Below are positions 13,283-26,017 of a DNA stretch of 64,000 bases, in pieces. The notes under the pieces were generated by a model, which searched no databases, was not told the origin of the DNA, and saw only the letters and a program-made list of their open reading frames with translations. The stretch is taken from the NCBI GenBank assembly GCA_030141605.1, contig JAQGDQ010000071.1, positions 475,605-539,604 of the forward strand, read 5' to 3'. The position numbers and the translations under genes are program-made. This DNA is from Tubiluchus corallicola (Eukaryota > Animalia > Priapulida). Positions within the stretch are counted from its first letter, which is position 1, and every line of letters begins with the position of its first letter.

Positions 13283-13523
13283 GTAAGTAACTCAGCATAA
13301 AAAAGTTGTTTTTGATTTTGGTAAATTTGCTAACCTTTAGTCGTAACTCAAGCCGGTCGCCTGATAGTGATTCGACTCTCTACTATAGACTTTATAATGG
13401 TGGTCAGAAAATACTAAATTTCAAACGTTGACTCTCACGTTTTTATATAATTTCCAGTGTACTTCAGGACCGAGTAACGTCTACACTAGCTCAGCAATTT
13501 TGGAGGAGATAGATTATACAGAC

Positions 13524-13742
13524 AGAAAAATACTAATTTTAGAAGTTTAGTAGAAAAGTACTAATTTTAGAAGTTTAGTAGAAAAGTACTAATTTTAGAA
13601 GTTTAGTAGAAAAGTACTAATTTTAGAAGTTTAGTAGACAAGTACTAATATTAGAAGTTTAGTAGAAAAGTACTAATTTTAGAAGTTTAGTAGACAAGTA
13701 CTAATTTTAGAAGTTTAGTAGACAAGTACTAATTTTAGAATT
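13524..13742. repeat. 28-bp minisatellite (about 8 copies) in Ly6 intron 1
   Basis: Unit tactaattttagaagtttagtagaaaag recurs at 13531, 13559, 13587 and onward. Confidence 0.95.
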
Positions 13743-14473
13743 TTAAGTTTTATGACCGTTGTTAGGCATTTTTAACGCACAGCTATAGGTCAGATCCTAC
13801 CTGCTGTGTAAGCTTTGTTCGAATCGTTTCAGAGATATCGGAGAAAGAGCAAACAAACACAAACAGTCAGACAGATAAAAATTCTAAATTTTGACTCCTA
13901 CAACTTTTAGATAATTGTTCATTGTATCACAATATCCAGTTGCGTCTTCACTACCTCAGGAATAGAGATAGATTTTGAAGTCAGAAAAGTACCAATCTTA
14001 GAAGTTGTTTTTATGCCGCAGGTAAGCGATCGTTGTCAGCATGGCCCCACAGTTTTTTACTGTATAACAAGTGTTCAGGCTGGCTTGGTTGCTTGCTTGG
14101 TTGGTTGGAATTGTATCAGCCGTCCCCGAGGAGTAGCGTGCAGAGGTAGGCAGGAAGGCGGGCGGACAGACAGGCGAACAGACTGATGCGACTGAGAATA
14201 AAAGTTGGCTAAGTTGTGTTGTCTAATAGGTTAATTAGAGAAATGATAAACGGTATGAAAGCAATGTCAAAGCTTGAAAAGTGCGAAGAGAGAGAAAAAA
14301 GAGAAAGAGAGAGACAGATAGAAAGAGAAGGAGAACAGAAAAGGGAATAGAAGAGATGGTAAAATAATAATTTTTTGTAGTAAAATTAACAGGTAAGTTG
14401 CAATTTATATCTGTCTGTAACAAATTATGGCTCACCTACTGAGACGGAACTAATGTTTATTTTTGCTTTGCAG

Positions 14474-14676
14474 CACTGTCATATACAACCGAAGGAAGCT
14501 CATCAAATGCAAGATATGGAATCCCTTTATTAGACTTTGAAGATTACTTGCAGTGTTATGAATGTGAAGTATCGTTTCGCAAGACGTACAATACGAATGA
14601 TACCTGTTTTAGTGAAGATAGACTCATCAATAGCAGCTATTGGGTATTTTGCCCGAAAAAGTACAATACCTGCCAG
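14474..14676 (+). CDS. Ly6/uPAR three-finger protein, coding exon 2 (..LQCYEC..TCFSE..FCPKKYNTCQ)
   Basis: Acceptor ttgcag, the LxCYxC start typical of LU domains, and a phase-0 donor CAG|gtaact. Confidence 0.9.
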
Positions 14677-15462
14677 GTAACTACTATAGTTATTACTAAT
14701 GTGTTATATGTGGGTCTTAAACGTCATAGTTAATATCTATCCTCTGGGTAATTTGCTTATGACTGTTCTTGCAGCTTCAAATTTGCATGTTACAGACATT
14801 TCTGCAGACAAGTTCTTTACTTTGCTGAGGTGACTTGAACTGCCCAAATTAATACTATAATTAATATTCAGCACTAAAGCAGGTTAATAGCTGAGTGGTG
14901 ACGTTCGTGTGTCTCACGACCGAAGTTACGCAACGCTACCGCCTGGGCTCGAATTCGATACTTGCCCTTGGCCATATATCACTCTCCATAGTGTTTTTGG
15001 TTGCTGGCCTTGTGCTTTTGTATCAAAACATGGCTAAGACGCCCCTTCTGGTTCAGTAGCTCACTTGGGTTGCACTTAAGGTTACTGACACGAGGTAAGA
15101 CGCCGATCTCGCCATAAACACCACCTTAAAGTGATCCCGCTGTTTAATGCTGCATTCCTGCTAGCATTGCTCCGCATTATGCAATACAATAATGTATGAG
15201 AAACTTATCATTGCTGTTGTTTTTCCGGCTAGTGAAGCGAATGATGTTGCACAACAAAGCCACGTTCACACCTCGAATTCGCTCCGGCAAATCAGAATTA
15301 TACGAACCCTTGTGCAAGAGGTGACATGGTTTGGCAATTCGTCACTACACTTGCAACAAAAAGTGTTTATTTTATGCCTTTTTATTACTAATATCAAATC
15401 TAAAATTTATATCACTTTCAATTGGCATAATTATTAAAATTTATTTTACGTTATTTTTGTAG

Positions 15463-15693
15463 ACGGAGAGAAGAGAAGTGAATGGGGTTCTTGTTCTCCT
15501 CCTGCGGAGATGTGCTAAAGAATGTGAACCTGGCTGTGAGCTGAGTGGTTATGGAGTGACAATAAAATCATGCATTTCCTGTTGTAATTCAACTCTTTGC
15601 AACGTGGACAATTTTGCCTTACTGATGTTGCCGTCCAGAACTACGATAACAGCAGTGCTGCTGATGTTGTTATATTATGAATATTTAATTTAA
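15463..15693 (+). CDS. Ly6/uPAR three-finger protein, coding exon 3 (RRCAKECEPGC..SCISCCNSTLCN plus hydrophobic GPI-signal-like tail); 12-Cys LYPD6/U-scoloptoxin(05)/quiver-like
   Basis: Acceptor tttgtag, the CCxxxxCN hallmark, a hydrophobic C-terminus, stop at 15693 and AATAAA at 15995. The spliced product has 12 Cys in the domain. Confidence 0.9.
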   Translation, partial: TERREVNGVLVLLLRRCAKECEPGCELSGYGVTIKSCISCCNSTLCNVDNFALLMLPSRTTITAVLLMLLYYEYLI

Positions 15694-16739
15694 TTCCATT
15701 TCGTTTTACATTTTATTATGGAAACTGCCGTACACAGCTCATCCTTACATTATGCCCCACATTGCTGGTACCGTGCAACCGAGAAAGCACTTTGCAAAAC
15801 GGTTTTATGAAATTCCATGTAGCATGTAAAAATAGTAGAACCTCGACAATTAAATTTGTAACCAAACATACGTTAAATGCCGTAAACTCAATAATGTTTT
15901 TCAACTTGTATAAAACTGTTATAAAAATAATGTACCCTGAAAGATGTACATTTTCATGTATTATCTCGTAAGATTATGAAAGGCAGCTAACGATAATAAA
16001 CTTAACTAAAGACTGCATAAGTTGTATAGAAAATACAAATCTTAATTTTTATCAAAGTATCAATTGAGAGAAACGTTAGAATATGTGGGGATCTTTTTAA
16101 ATTAATTGCTTTGTCTTCTTGTATGAAAATAACTTCACTACTTTTTTGTTGTTGTCAGTTTTTAATATATTTAATATACTTTTGCTAATAGTCTACTAAC
16201 TTCTTTTAATTGAATCACTTATGTAACTTGACTGTACACGTGTGTTCGAAAATAAATGATGTTAATAATAACAGTTTACCTGCTAGTCATAATGTTGCTG
16301 CTTCTGTTACTGGTGCTGCTGATGACGATGATAATAATAATGGTGATGACATGATGGCATGTATTATGGCACTGGCGATGATGATGACACGACTGTGATA
16401 GTGATGGTGAGAGAGACAGTGATGATGACTGAGATTATGGTGATGAAGACGATGAAGACAATGACGAACGGTGATTAATTTCTTCATTTTACTGGCAGCA
16501 CCAACAATAATTTAGTTAATTTTGAGTTCAGTTTGGTATCATGATATTATGTTATTAAACTTTAGTAATTCTATTTAGATGTAACCATATTGTAGTATCA
16601 TTTTACATTAAGAAAGATTATACATTATATTTTGTGTATACTTAATGTTGCCATAATATTTTGCGATAAATTAAACATAATTTCTTTTTCTCTATGAAAG
16701 TTAACATGTTTCCTGACGAATGCTCGCTGGTAAAAAACA

Positions 16740-17470
16740 TTGGTGTAGCTATTGCTAAAGTGTTTGCCTGTCACGGAAAGGTGCAAAAAAGTGACATTTG
16801 AATTACTCAGCACGTATATATTGCTAAAACTTTTGCTTGACACGGTGATGTACTGTTCAAAGTGACATTTGAATTACTCAGAGCGTATATATTGCTAAAA
16901 CTTTTGCTTGACACGGTGAGGTACTGTTGAACATTTGAATCACTCACAGCGCATACATTGCTAAAACTTTCCCCTGTCTCGGTGAGGTTCTGTTGAACAT
17001 TTGACTCACTCACAGTGCATACATTGCTAAAACTTTCCCCTGTCACGGTGAGGTACTGTTGAACATTTGAATCACTCACAGCATATACATTGCTAAAACT
17101 TTCCCCTGTCACGGTGAGGTACTGTTCAACAATTGAATTACTCACAGCGAATACATTGCTAAAACTTTTGACTGTCACAGTGAGGTACTGTTGAACATTT
17201 TAATCACTCACAGCATATACATTGCTAAAACTTTCCCCTGTCACGGTGAGGTACTGTTGAACATTTGAATCACTCACAGCGCATACATTGCTAAAACTTT
17301 CCCCTGTCACGGTGAGGTACTGTTGAACATTTGAATCACTCACAGCGCATACATTGCTAAAACTTTCCCCTGTTACGGTGAGGTACTATTGATTATTTGA
17401 ATCACTCACAGCGCATACATTGCTAAAACTTTTGACTGTCACAGTGAGGTACAGTGAAAGTAACATTTGA
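16740..17470. repeat. 66-bp tandem array (about 11 units) overlapping the stop codon of the membrane-protein gene
   Basis: ttgctaaa anchor at 16752, 16821, 16892 and 16958, then every 66 bp to 17420. Confidence 0.95.
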
Positions 17471-18067
17471 AGCTGAATCTGTGTCTCTAAAGTCCTCTGC
17501 CTGGCGAACAGCAGAACTTATTACTGGACACGAGGACGCGTGAGCATCCCGTAGCTGCTGACGAAATGGAAATGTGGTGCCATGCTGTAAATTGTTTCTA
17601 CAGCTTGTAACAGTTGGAGTGTCAACTGAACTCCGTGTCGTCCGCATTGTATTCTGACTAGCACCATCACTAACTTCTAATACTACACGGTTTATATCAC
17701 TTGTATCACTCGGTGTGGCTAGATTAACACGCGTTTCATTGTTCCTAGCTCCTCTGCGGTTGTCTGTTGGCGACGACCTTGATACGTACCGAGTTAAGGA
17801 TGCCGGATTTAGTTTGATAGCTTCCTGATATGGTGGGAGCACTCCACTTCCGGTGGACATTGTGGATTCCTCCCGAGTGAAAAGGCCGCGACGTTGAGCA
17901 ATGACAGAATGACTTGGATTGATAATGCTGATGGATCGACCAAGGACGGATGTAACTGGACGACTATGGATTAATGCTTGACTGTAAGACGGCGGAAGGT
18001 CCTGCGCCATTTGACCCTCCTCATGCGTTGCTGATGTATGGGCAACTGGAGAAACTTGTTCAAGGTA
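17423..18067 (-). CDS. Type I membrane protein, exon 5: disordered Ser/Thr/Arg-rich cytoplasmic tail with PPSY and LPPY motifs
   Basis: ttttgcag acceptor, 214 open codons and TAG at 17425-17423. The spliced total is 1077 nt (358 aa). Confidence 0.85.
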   Translation of the reverse strand, partial: YLEQVSPVAHTSATHEEGQMAQDLPPSYSQALIHSRPVTSVLGRSISIINPSHSVIAQRRGLFTREESTMSTGSGVLPPYQEAIKLNPASLTRYVSRSSPTDNRRGARNNETRVNLATPSDTSDINRVVLEVSDGASQNTMRTTRSSVDTPTVTSCRNNLQHGTTFPFRQQLRDAHASSCPVISSAVRQAEDFRDTDSASNVTFTVPHCDSQKF

Positions 18068-18294
18068 CTGCAAAAAAATTGTATATATAGCAAAAAAGTA
18101 TAAAAACAGGTTATCTGGGTATGGATAGGTATACACAGTGAACAATAAGTGGAACAGGCAAGTTTGACATTCCCTGGTGCTTATAAATGATGTCTTACAT
18201 CAGTCCCCTCAGTCTTGGCACCTCCTGGGCTCAATTTAGGGTTTGTTCCAAGTTAACTTGTAAACTGAAGTTGGTATAGAGATAGATACAAACA

Positions 18295-18840
<546 letters not shown>

Positions 18841-19068
18841 GTCTAAAAATCATTTGTTACAGGAAGTAGGCTGAACAATAAATGAATTTTGTAGATAAAA
18901 CAGCGGTGTAGTTAACGGGCTGTTAGGGCTGCATTTCTATATAAAGAAAAACATATATCCGCTGCTTGCATATTCCACTATCTCTTAAGCGTTAGCATTT
19001 TTATAATTGAGTATAATCGCTCACTAACACCTATCTAACTTAGGCTTATTTAACTAATTAATAATTAC

Positions 19069-19181
19069 CTGTCCATATCGTCGTCTGACATAGAAACAAA
19101 AGCTGTAGACTAGAACGGCTACAAACGCCATCGTAAAGAGTAGCAAAATCGTAGACTGCAGGCTCGTTGTCGAAGATTTAT
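19069..19181 (-). CDS. Type I membrane protein, exon 4: transmembrane helix plus basic stop-transfer (ILLLFTMAFVAVLVYSFCFYV-RRR)
   Basis: cttatag acceptor and CAG|gtaatt donor bound a 113-nt exon, phase 1 to 0. Confidence 0.85.
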
Positions 19182-19512
19182 CTATAAGCATTAAAAAATG
19201 TAATTTACAACGACTAATGCTTGGATATACTATTTTAGAGGTACGTATTTGTAGTGCCATCCCGCTATTAGTATATAAAATGGAAAGCAAGTTAGTTAGT
19301 TCTCCAAAACGCTTGCTGTATATGATTTATAAAAGTTGGCGATAGATGACGCTGTACTACAATGTGCTTTGGTCTGAAACTGCATGCCAATGACAGCAAA
19401 TGAATGTTAAATAATCGTTGCAATGTAAGAATAAAGCAGTCAGTAAGACATCGCTTGCACGTATGTCTTTGTAAAAACGAGAAAATTATAACTAATAAAC
19501 ATAGATGCTCAC

Positions 19513-19605
19513 GTGTTGATTTTGTTGGTGTTAAGGTAAAATTTGCAGGCAGAGGAGTAGTTCCACGGGGTGGCACCAGTGTCACCTTACTATTGTTTTG
19601 TAAGC
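19513..19605 (-). CDS. Type I membrane protein, exon 3: Thr/Pro-rich stalk (LQNNSKVTLVPPRGTTPLPANFTLTPTKST)
   Basis: tttcag acceptor and gtgagc donor bound a 93-nt phase 1-1 exon containing N-glycosylation sequons. Confidence 0.78.
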
Positions 19606-20140
19606 CTGAAATCAATTTATAAATAATACGTAAATAAAAATATTCCACGGTAAAAAGTCATCATCAAAATACGATGTATTATTTAACAAAAATTGTCGAA
19701 ACAAACAAGCCAAACAGGTTTCATTTCCGTTGTCTTAATTTAATCAGTTTCACATCTTGATCAGATCAACTATATTAACAGCTCAAGTAATTAATAGTCA
19801 GTAAGACTTAACTGGGGAAAAGGGGCGCATTTCTATATTAAGAAAAGAACTGAATGTCCCACCTAAGACGTAACTGTTTTTAATGGAGCAATGTCAGACG
19901 TTAGTCGTTATGACCCACACTGCGTAGGACAAATGAGAATAAAAAGGTTGACTAGGTCTTTTTTGTCATCGTGCTGCGTGGTTTTTTTTGAAAGAGGGTT
20001 TTTGAAAGACCACATCATTCTAGAATCCCAAGTTTATAGATTTTATCAAGTTTATAGATTTTATCATAATACACTAATGAAACCTATAAATCAATTTATG
20101 TAAACCCAAAGAAAAGTATGTGTCATTGCTTTGTACTTAC

Positions 20141-20305
20141 ACAGCAGTTCCGTACAGACATTTGAATCATTCTCACAGGAAGCATAGCAACCGCAACTTC
20201 CGGCCAGGCATTTTGGAAACAGATTCGACTCGATGTTCAACTTCACCTTGCAGACTCGCGCACAAAATAGACTGCAGAAATCGTCCCGGGTGCAAACAGC
20301 GTTTC
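20141..20305 (-). CDS. Type I membrane protein, exon 2: Cys-rich CS-alpha-beta/alpha-KTx-like ectodomain (NAVCTRDDFCSLFCARVCKVKLNIESNLFPKCLAGSCGCYASCENDSNVCTELL)
   Basis: ttcag acceptor and gtaagt donor bound a 165-nt phase 1-1 exon with 9 Cys. A 10th Cys is formed across the next junction (T|GC). Confidence 0.85.
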
Positions 20306-20515
20306 CTGAAAATGAGTAATTTGGTAATTACTACGGGGCAGGTAACTGATGACCTTTATGAACACATTAAGAGTAGATGGTAAAGAGACATTCCGAATCT
20401 CAGATACACGAATGGAGATTTTAAGGAAAAGCTATAGCTATGCACTACCTACTGATGTAACTATTATAGGCAATGAAACCTCATTTCTATTTCTTAGAAA
20501 GTGGATGGATTAAAT

Positions 20516-20546
<31 letters not shown>

Positions 20547-21894
20547 TACTGAAAAATTTATAATGGTTGTTGTAGGTATTTAAACACTGTCAGGGCTTTA
20601 TTACTCTCATATTTTTTCAACAGTGAAATTTTACTGTGTACATATAGCAAATATTATGAGAAGAATTGTACCAAAATAGTTAAAGGAAAAAGTACCAAAT
20701 AGGAAAACAGGGCGATGTTTCAAACTCTGCATCATTTTGACCTATGATCTGACATATGTACTTTTTACCTGTATTGACAAGGCTATATATATATTATATA
20801 GGTTATAATTATATTAGGTTAGGTTATGTCATGCAATGCTGAGTCAAGTCTTTTGTGTTATGTAACACAAAGTCAGGTCACATTCAGATAAACTGAAACA
20901 GCTTCTATGTCTTGTTTTGTCAAACTGCACAAAGGATCAAATGCAAAAACTCAACTGTTTATATATATATTAACCTATTATATATTTGGAATTCTCACTA
21001 TTTCTGAATAACAATCTCTATGCTGTTTTTGTGAATGGGCTGAGTAGTCACCGTTGCATGCAAAGTTAAACAACTCGGGGCTTAGTTGTTAAATGGATGA
21101 GTGCCTGTTGCGGAAAAACTGCTGACGAGAGTTTCAACTTCTATTCTGCTCTGAAGTCGAGAAGTTGCATACGCATTCACATATAATTAAGACGCTTTGT
21201 CGGTTCAATGTTTTATCTTCAACGATTATATATATTTATACAAGCCAGCCAAAAATATAAAATTTTAAATGATCCTTGGTAATAAACAGCGTTCTGGCCC
21301 CGCCATGTCTGACGGTATTCTAGCAGGGTGTAAAGTGGTTCTAAAATCAGTTCCAACGTTCTCCAACTTTAGCAGATAAGTGACCCGAATACTAGGAAGC
21401 GGTAAAAGTGCCCATGTTTTTGGATCATATCTCGCTTTAAACCAGTTTCAGCAAACCAAAATTATTGATCATCTTTTTTTGTTACTTTGCAATCTGCGTC
21501 AGAGAATTTTTGCGAAGAATATGGCTTTGGTGGGATTGAAAAAATGCCGCTAAACAACCCTGCTTAAAACACGTGCTATACTTTACATCGAAGGCTGCTT
21601 TTTGAATTAGGATCCTATATTAAGTTAAAAGAACGCACAGAAGGGGCGCTAACTGGCTTGGACATCACTAATGACCACCATAGTAACAGGCGTTCCAGTG
21701 ATCATTTGTTAAAGTGTTAAGAAGTGAATGATTAGGACACTCGGGATACCCATAAAGCGAATTTACAACCATCAGTCGGTTGCCGTAACTCGGACAACGG
21801 ACAGCTTTAGTGCAGGTATGTGATCAGGTGACATTTTCAGCACGCACAGCAGCTGAATGGTCACGATATGTGCTTGGGTTACGGCATACCACAG

Positions 21895-22015
21895 GAATAG
21901 CTCGAAGGTGCCGTCCTTGCTTCTGATGCGAGAAGTGGTGGGTTCAATTCCACGGCCGAGTCATACTAAAGACTTGAAAAATAGTACCGCATGTTCTTTG
22001 ACCTAGCACGTGGAA
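21895..22015 (+). mobile_element. tRNA-derived SINE
   Basis: tagctc..ggttcaattcc A/B boxes followed by a ggccgagtcatactaaagacttgaaaaat body. Confidence 0.6.
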
Positions 22016-22340
22016 TAGTTGAAGTAACATTCGGGTAATAATAAACAATTCACAGCTTCAGTTGGAAGAATATCCTTGAAAATGAGCTAGATTCCGATCC
22101 CGTTGCAACAATCCAGACTTTTCAGTAATGCAGCACAAATTGGTGGGCATCCTGCTAGTTTTCTAAGAAGAAACTGCAGTAAGTTAGATACATAGTTTAA
22201 GCTTACTAAATGGAGTAAAAGAACTTGTTGAATTGCAGAATTCACCAGAAGTTCTAGACCATAAATTTATCATGCTGCATTAAAGGTTAGAAATTGGTAA
22301 GTTCTGGTCTCCCCTCTCTCTCTCTCTTTCACTCTCTTCC

Positions 22341-22389
<49 letters not shown>

Positions 22390-23536
22390 ATCTCCCGCTC
22401 TTTCTCTTGCATCGCTTCATCCTCTCTTTTTGTATCTTTCTCTCTATCCCCCTCGTACTGTCTCTCTTCTTTCTCTTCCCCCTCTCACTGTCTTCTGTTC
22501 TCCCAGTGTTCCTTTTTTCTTTTTACTGTCTTTTGCTCCCAATCCCTGTAGCAACTAAAACTTACTTCACTGTCCTTGCAAAAACGTTAAGTGAAACATG
22601 GAATCTGCTCACTGTCAAATATAGTCATTCTAAATAAAGTGAGTACGTATTTTTTAACCTCACTTTTCTTAAACCAACAGAGGTGTTTTAGCTACTTTGT
22701 GTAAATTTGTTTATGGCAAACATCCTTTCTCATGGAAAGAAACAGCTTCTGGCAAATTAGACTAATCATTTTCGTGGCGGTCTGCTTATCTTCACAGTAG
22801 GAGCGCACTCAGCTTCTTTGCACTGAAATACCTGCTTCATCGTACTAACTAACGGTCGTGTCTCATTCTAGTCAATATACAAACAATGCCTACTTCATTA
22901 GCAGCATTACAAGTTTATGACAATCAGCGTCACTTATTCTTGACCAGACACAGGAGTCCCTAAACGTAGGCCTTGACTAATGTTTACGTGGCAGCATCCA
23001 TAGAGGTACACCCATTTACAAGGGCCATTTTTATCATCTTTTTCTCGGCAAACTTGCATTATGTGCTAAAAACTCATCGCCCAGGACCGGATTATGACCT
23101 TCCGCGCGCCTAAGCTAATGAAATTATGGGCCTCTATCAGATGGAGCCACCCTCTAAATCGTCCCACACCCGGTCTTGAACATTGTTTACTCGTGATATA
23201 ATGCAGAGACACTTACATAGATTAAAGTGAGCTTATTGCAATTCTTTAAATAAATTAGATTAGCATTCTTTTGTTTGTTAATAAAAATATTCTTTAAGAA
23301 ATGCCAGTATTTTACTATTTATTGCAAACCAAATTAGTACACATTTCAACATAACCGCAGTGAAACAACAGACTTTTTTACTAATGTTAAAATGGTAGCA
23401 AAGCTTGAAAGGTTGCAGCCTGTATTAGCCTATAAAATAATTCGCCCTGCTCATTACTTCTTAATTAAGTGCAGTACTGAATATTCAGTTAGGACTTTAT
23501 GAAATTATAACAGACTTTTTACAGTTTAACGCTTAC

Positions 23537-23597
23537 CTGTTATGAAAAGAGTCATCCATGTTGTAACCAAAGCTGTTATCGCCAAGCATAGTTGCAT
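23537..23597 (-). CDS. Type I membrane protein, exon 1 (signal peptide MQLCLAITALVTTWMTLFITG)
   Basis: ATG at 23597, a hydrophobic leader and a phase-1 donor G|gtaagc, in frame with the Cys-rich exon. Confidence 0.72.
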
Positions 23598-26017
23598 AAT
23601 AACCCGTTTTTATCTTGATGAATAAACTGCGTTATAAAATTTGCAGCAGCTGAAGGTTATTGTACAAATATTGTTGTTAATAAGCGCAAGGAACTTTCTT
23701 GTTTGCACATCATTTGTCCCATTGTGGTAAAGCTTATTTCCATGTCTTCAATAAAATATATAGCGTCACCTTAGATATTGTCACGTGTGGGTTACGCCTT
23801 TTAACGACCGAAAAAAGCGTCAACAGTAGACATGTTAGCGTGCTGTACTTTCCACAAATGAGATCTTCAGGCAATTTAGAAGTTCCACATGAACGGGCGT
23901 TCAGGTTTTGTTCGCCAGCGTCCAAGTGGATTAAGCTTAACAATTTAACGTGGCTGGGAGGGTCGAGGGAGGCGAACACAAAACAACCTTAGCCTAGACA
24001 CACGTAAAACTGGCCATCACGTTTTTAAATTATGGTAAACATGCAGAAATTGAAATCGTAGTTGTTTGAAAGCAGAATTTATTAATGAAGATTCATTTGA
24101 GCTCATATATTTCCACTCGAATACCTAATTTTATGGGTCGCATGTAGCTATAAACTAATATCACCTTTCTGGCTAGTATTACATACTCGTACTATTCTGA
24201 ATTATTTTTATTTATTTATTTATTTATTTATTTAGTAAATGTAATTCCCTTTTAGGTAAGTTTAATAAATTACTTGAATTTTTAATTTTTGCTTTTCAGG
24301 CAGACAATGGGTTTTGTTGGATGACGTAGAATGTCAAAAAGGTCACTAAGCCTTCTTTCACGATTACGTTCTACGTCTTTTAATTTAGATTTACGTCTTT
24401 GCAACTAATACGAAAATATTTCTCACCAGCCGAATAATATTGATTGCAACAAGCTAAATCAGATTTTGACGAAACTAAGAATCAATTTTCGCCATCTTTA
24501 AAATGTAACAAATGAATACGTTTAATTGTCGCTGATTCACAATTGAATATATTGTGCAAAATAAAATTTATTACAGGAAAAACAGTGTTAAAACTAATAT
24601 ATTTTTTGTAGTTTGCCACACTAAAACGTAACATTGTGATACAAAATTAATAATTATGACTGGAATGAAAGAAGATGCGCCACGTGGTCTATGTGAAGTG
24701 CAGAAATCACAACTTGGCATCGCAAAAATTCCAATCTTGCTTGTCATTGTCTTTACGGCTATTGTTCAATCGGAAAACTGTACTTCCTCCCAATGTTTCC
24801 TCTATTATCCACGTCAGGCACATGAACTTCACCACTGTCCTTTTTTGCTAAACACAAAAGAAACAAAATTATGTTTTATAAAACTTAAATTATTATTTTT
24901 AAAAATTACACATTCCTGATACGCCATTTTCAAATTGCCAAAAATAATCTGTTAAACTAAATTTTGTTTTCTAAACTCTAGTTTGTAATAATTAATGCAA
25001 CAATAAGTGTTTTTGGAATGGCCGTAAAAGTTCCTTCTATAATCTATTCGTTCAATTTAATTGAAATTTATAAAAGTAGGCATTTGCGTTTTTGTGCTCG
25101 TCAGACATGCTTTTATAATATCATGCTGATTTTGAAAAAAATTGAATCCAAATTTTATTTTTGAAGAAAATTTGAATCCAAAAAGCAAATTTTACTTTTG
25201 CACAGGCTTCACCCACACTTTTGTGTAGCGCTTTTACTAAAACGTATTCTCGCGTTTAAAGTTGAAAAAACAAAAAAACTTAAAGCATTAAAACCAGAAA
25301 AAACGCATAAAAATTCTCTCTACCAACGATCGAACTATGGGCCTTCAGGTCAAAAACAAATAGTCTCATAACCGCATGATTGAGCTGTGATACAGTATCG
25401 GTTTTAAATCTTTTCAAATTTTCCTTCCTATCAAATTGTTAATTTGATTAGTGATAATTACTCTCTGTTATTTACATAGTTTTATCTTAGCTCTAATTAC
25501 TTTTCAGTGCATGCAAGAAGGACATTAATTAGCACTGAATTGCGTTATTATTGCTACACAAAAATAAAAACATTCCCATACGAAACCTTCAATTTTTTTC
25601 GAAACACTGAAGCTTGTTTCAGACATGTGACCTGGTGAACGTGCTACAAAAGTACCTGTAGAACACACCTATAATAAATAAAATAAATACGCACACGAGT
25701 TAGTTATTTAGCAACAGTCAAGAACCGTTAGTTAAAAAATAACGAGTTAATAACAACAATTTTTAACAATAAGTTAATAACACGAATTTTCCTATCTTTA
25801 CTTAAGTAAATGTTTTTCTTACGTTTTAAAGGACAAGAAAAGGTGTACCTGAAGCAGGTTTCAGAAAAATCGCCTTAAAAAATTATATTACTTTATAGCA
25901 ATTTTATGCCTATATCTTACTCGCACTGAAAGTAATTTTGATTTGTTTTCATTTTAAATTTCCCGCAATACTATTCCGAAGTCGCCATTACATGACGTCA
26001 TGCACCAAACGTAAATC

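Noticed and set aside
16807-17178. 123-aa ORF of 22-aa repeats
   Set aside because: It is a by-product of the 66-bp array. The same frame has stops in neighbouring units (near 17200 and 17388) and is not the gene's frame.
13524-17470. CRISPR-like appearance of the 28-bp and 66-bp arrays
   Set aside because: The units are head-to-tail with no unique spacers, no cas genes are present, and the context is eukaryotic.
22566-22629. Extra exon in intron 1 of the membrane-protein gene
   Set aside because: AG/GT sites are present, but inclusion introduces stops or breaks phase.
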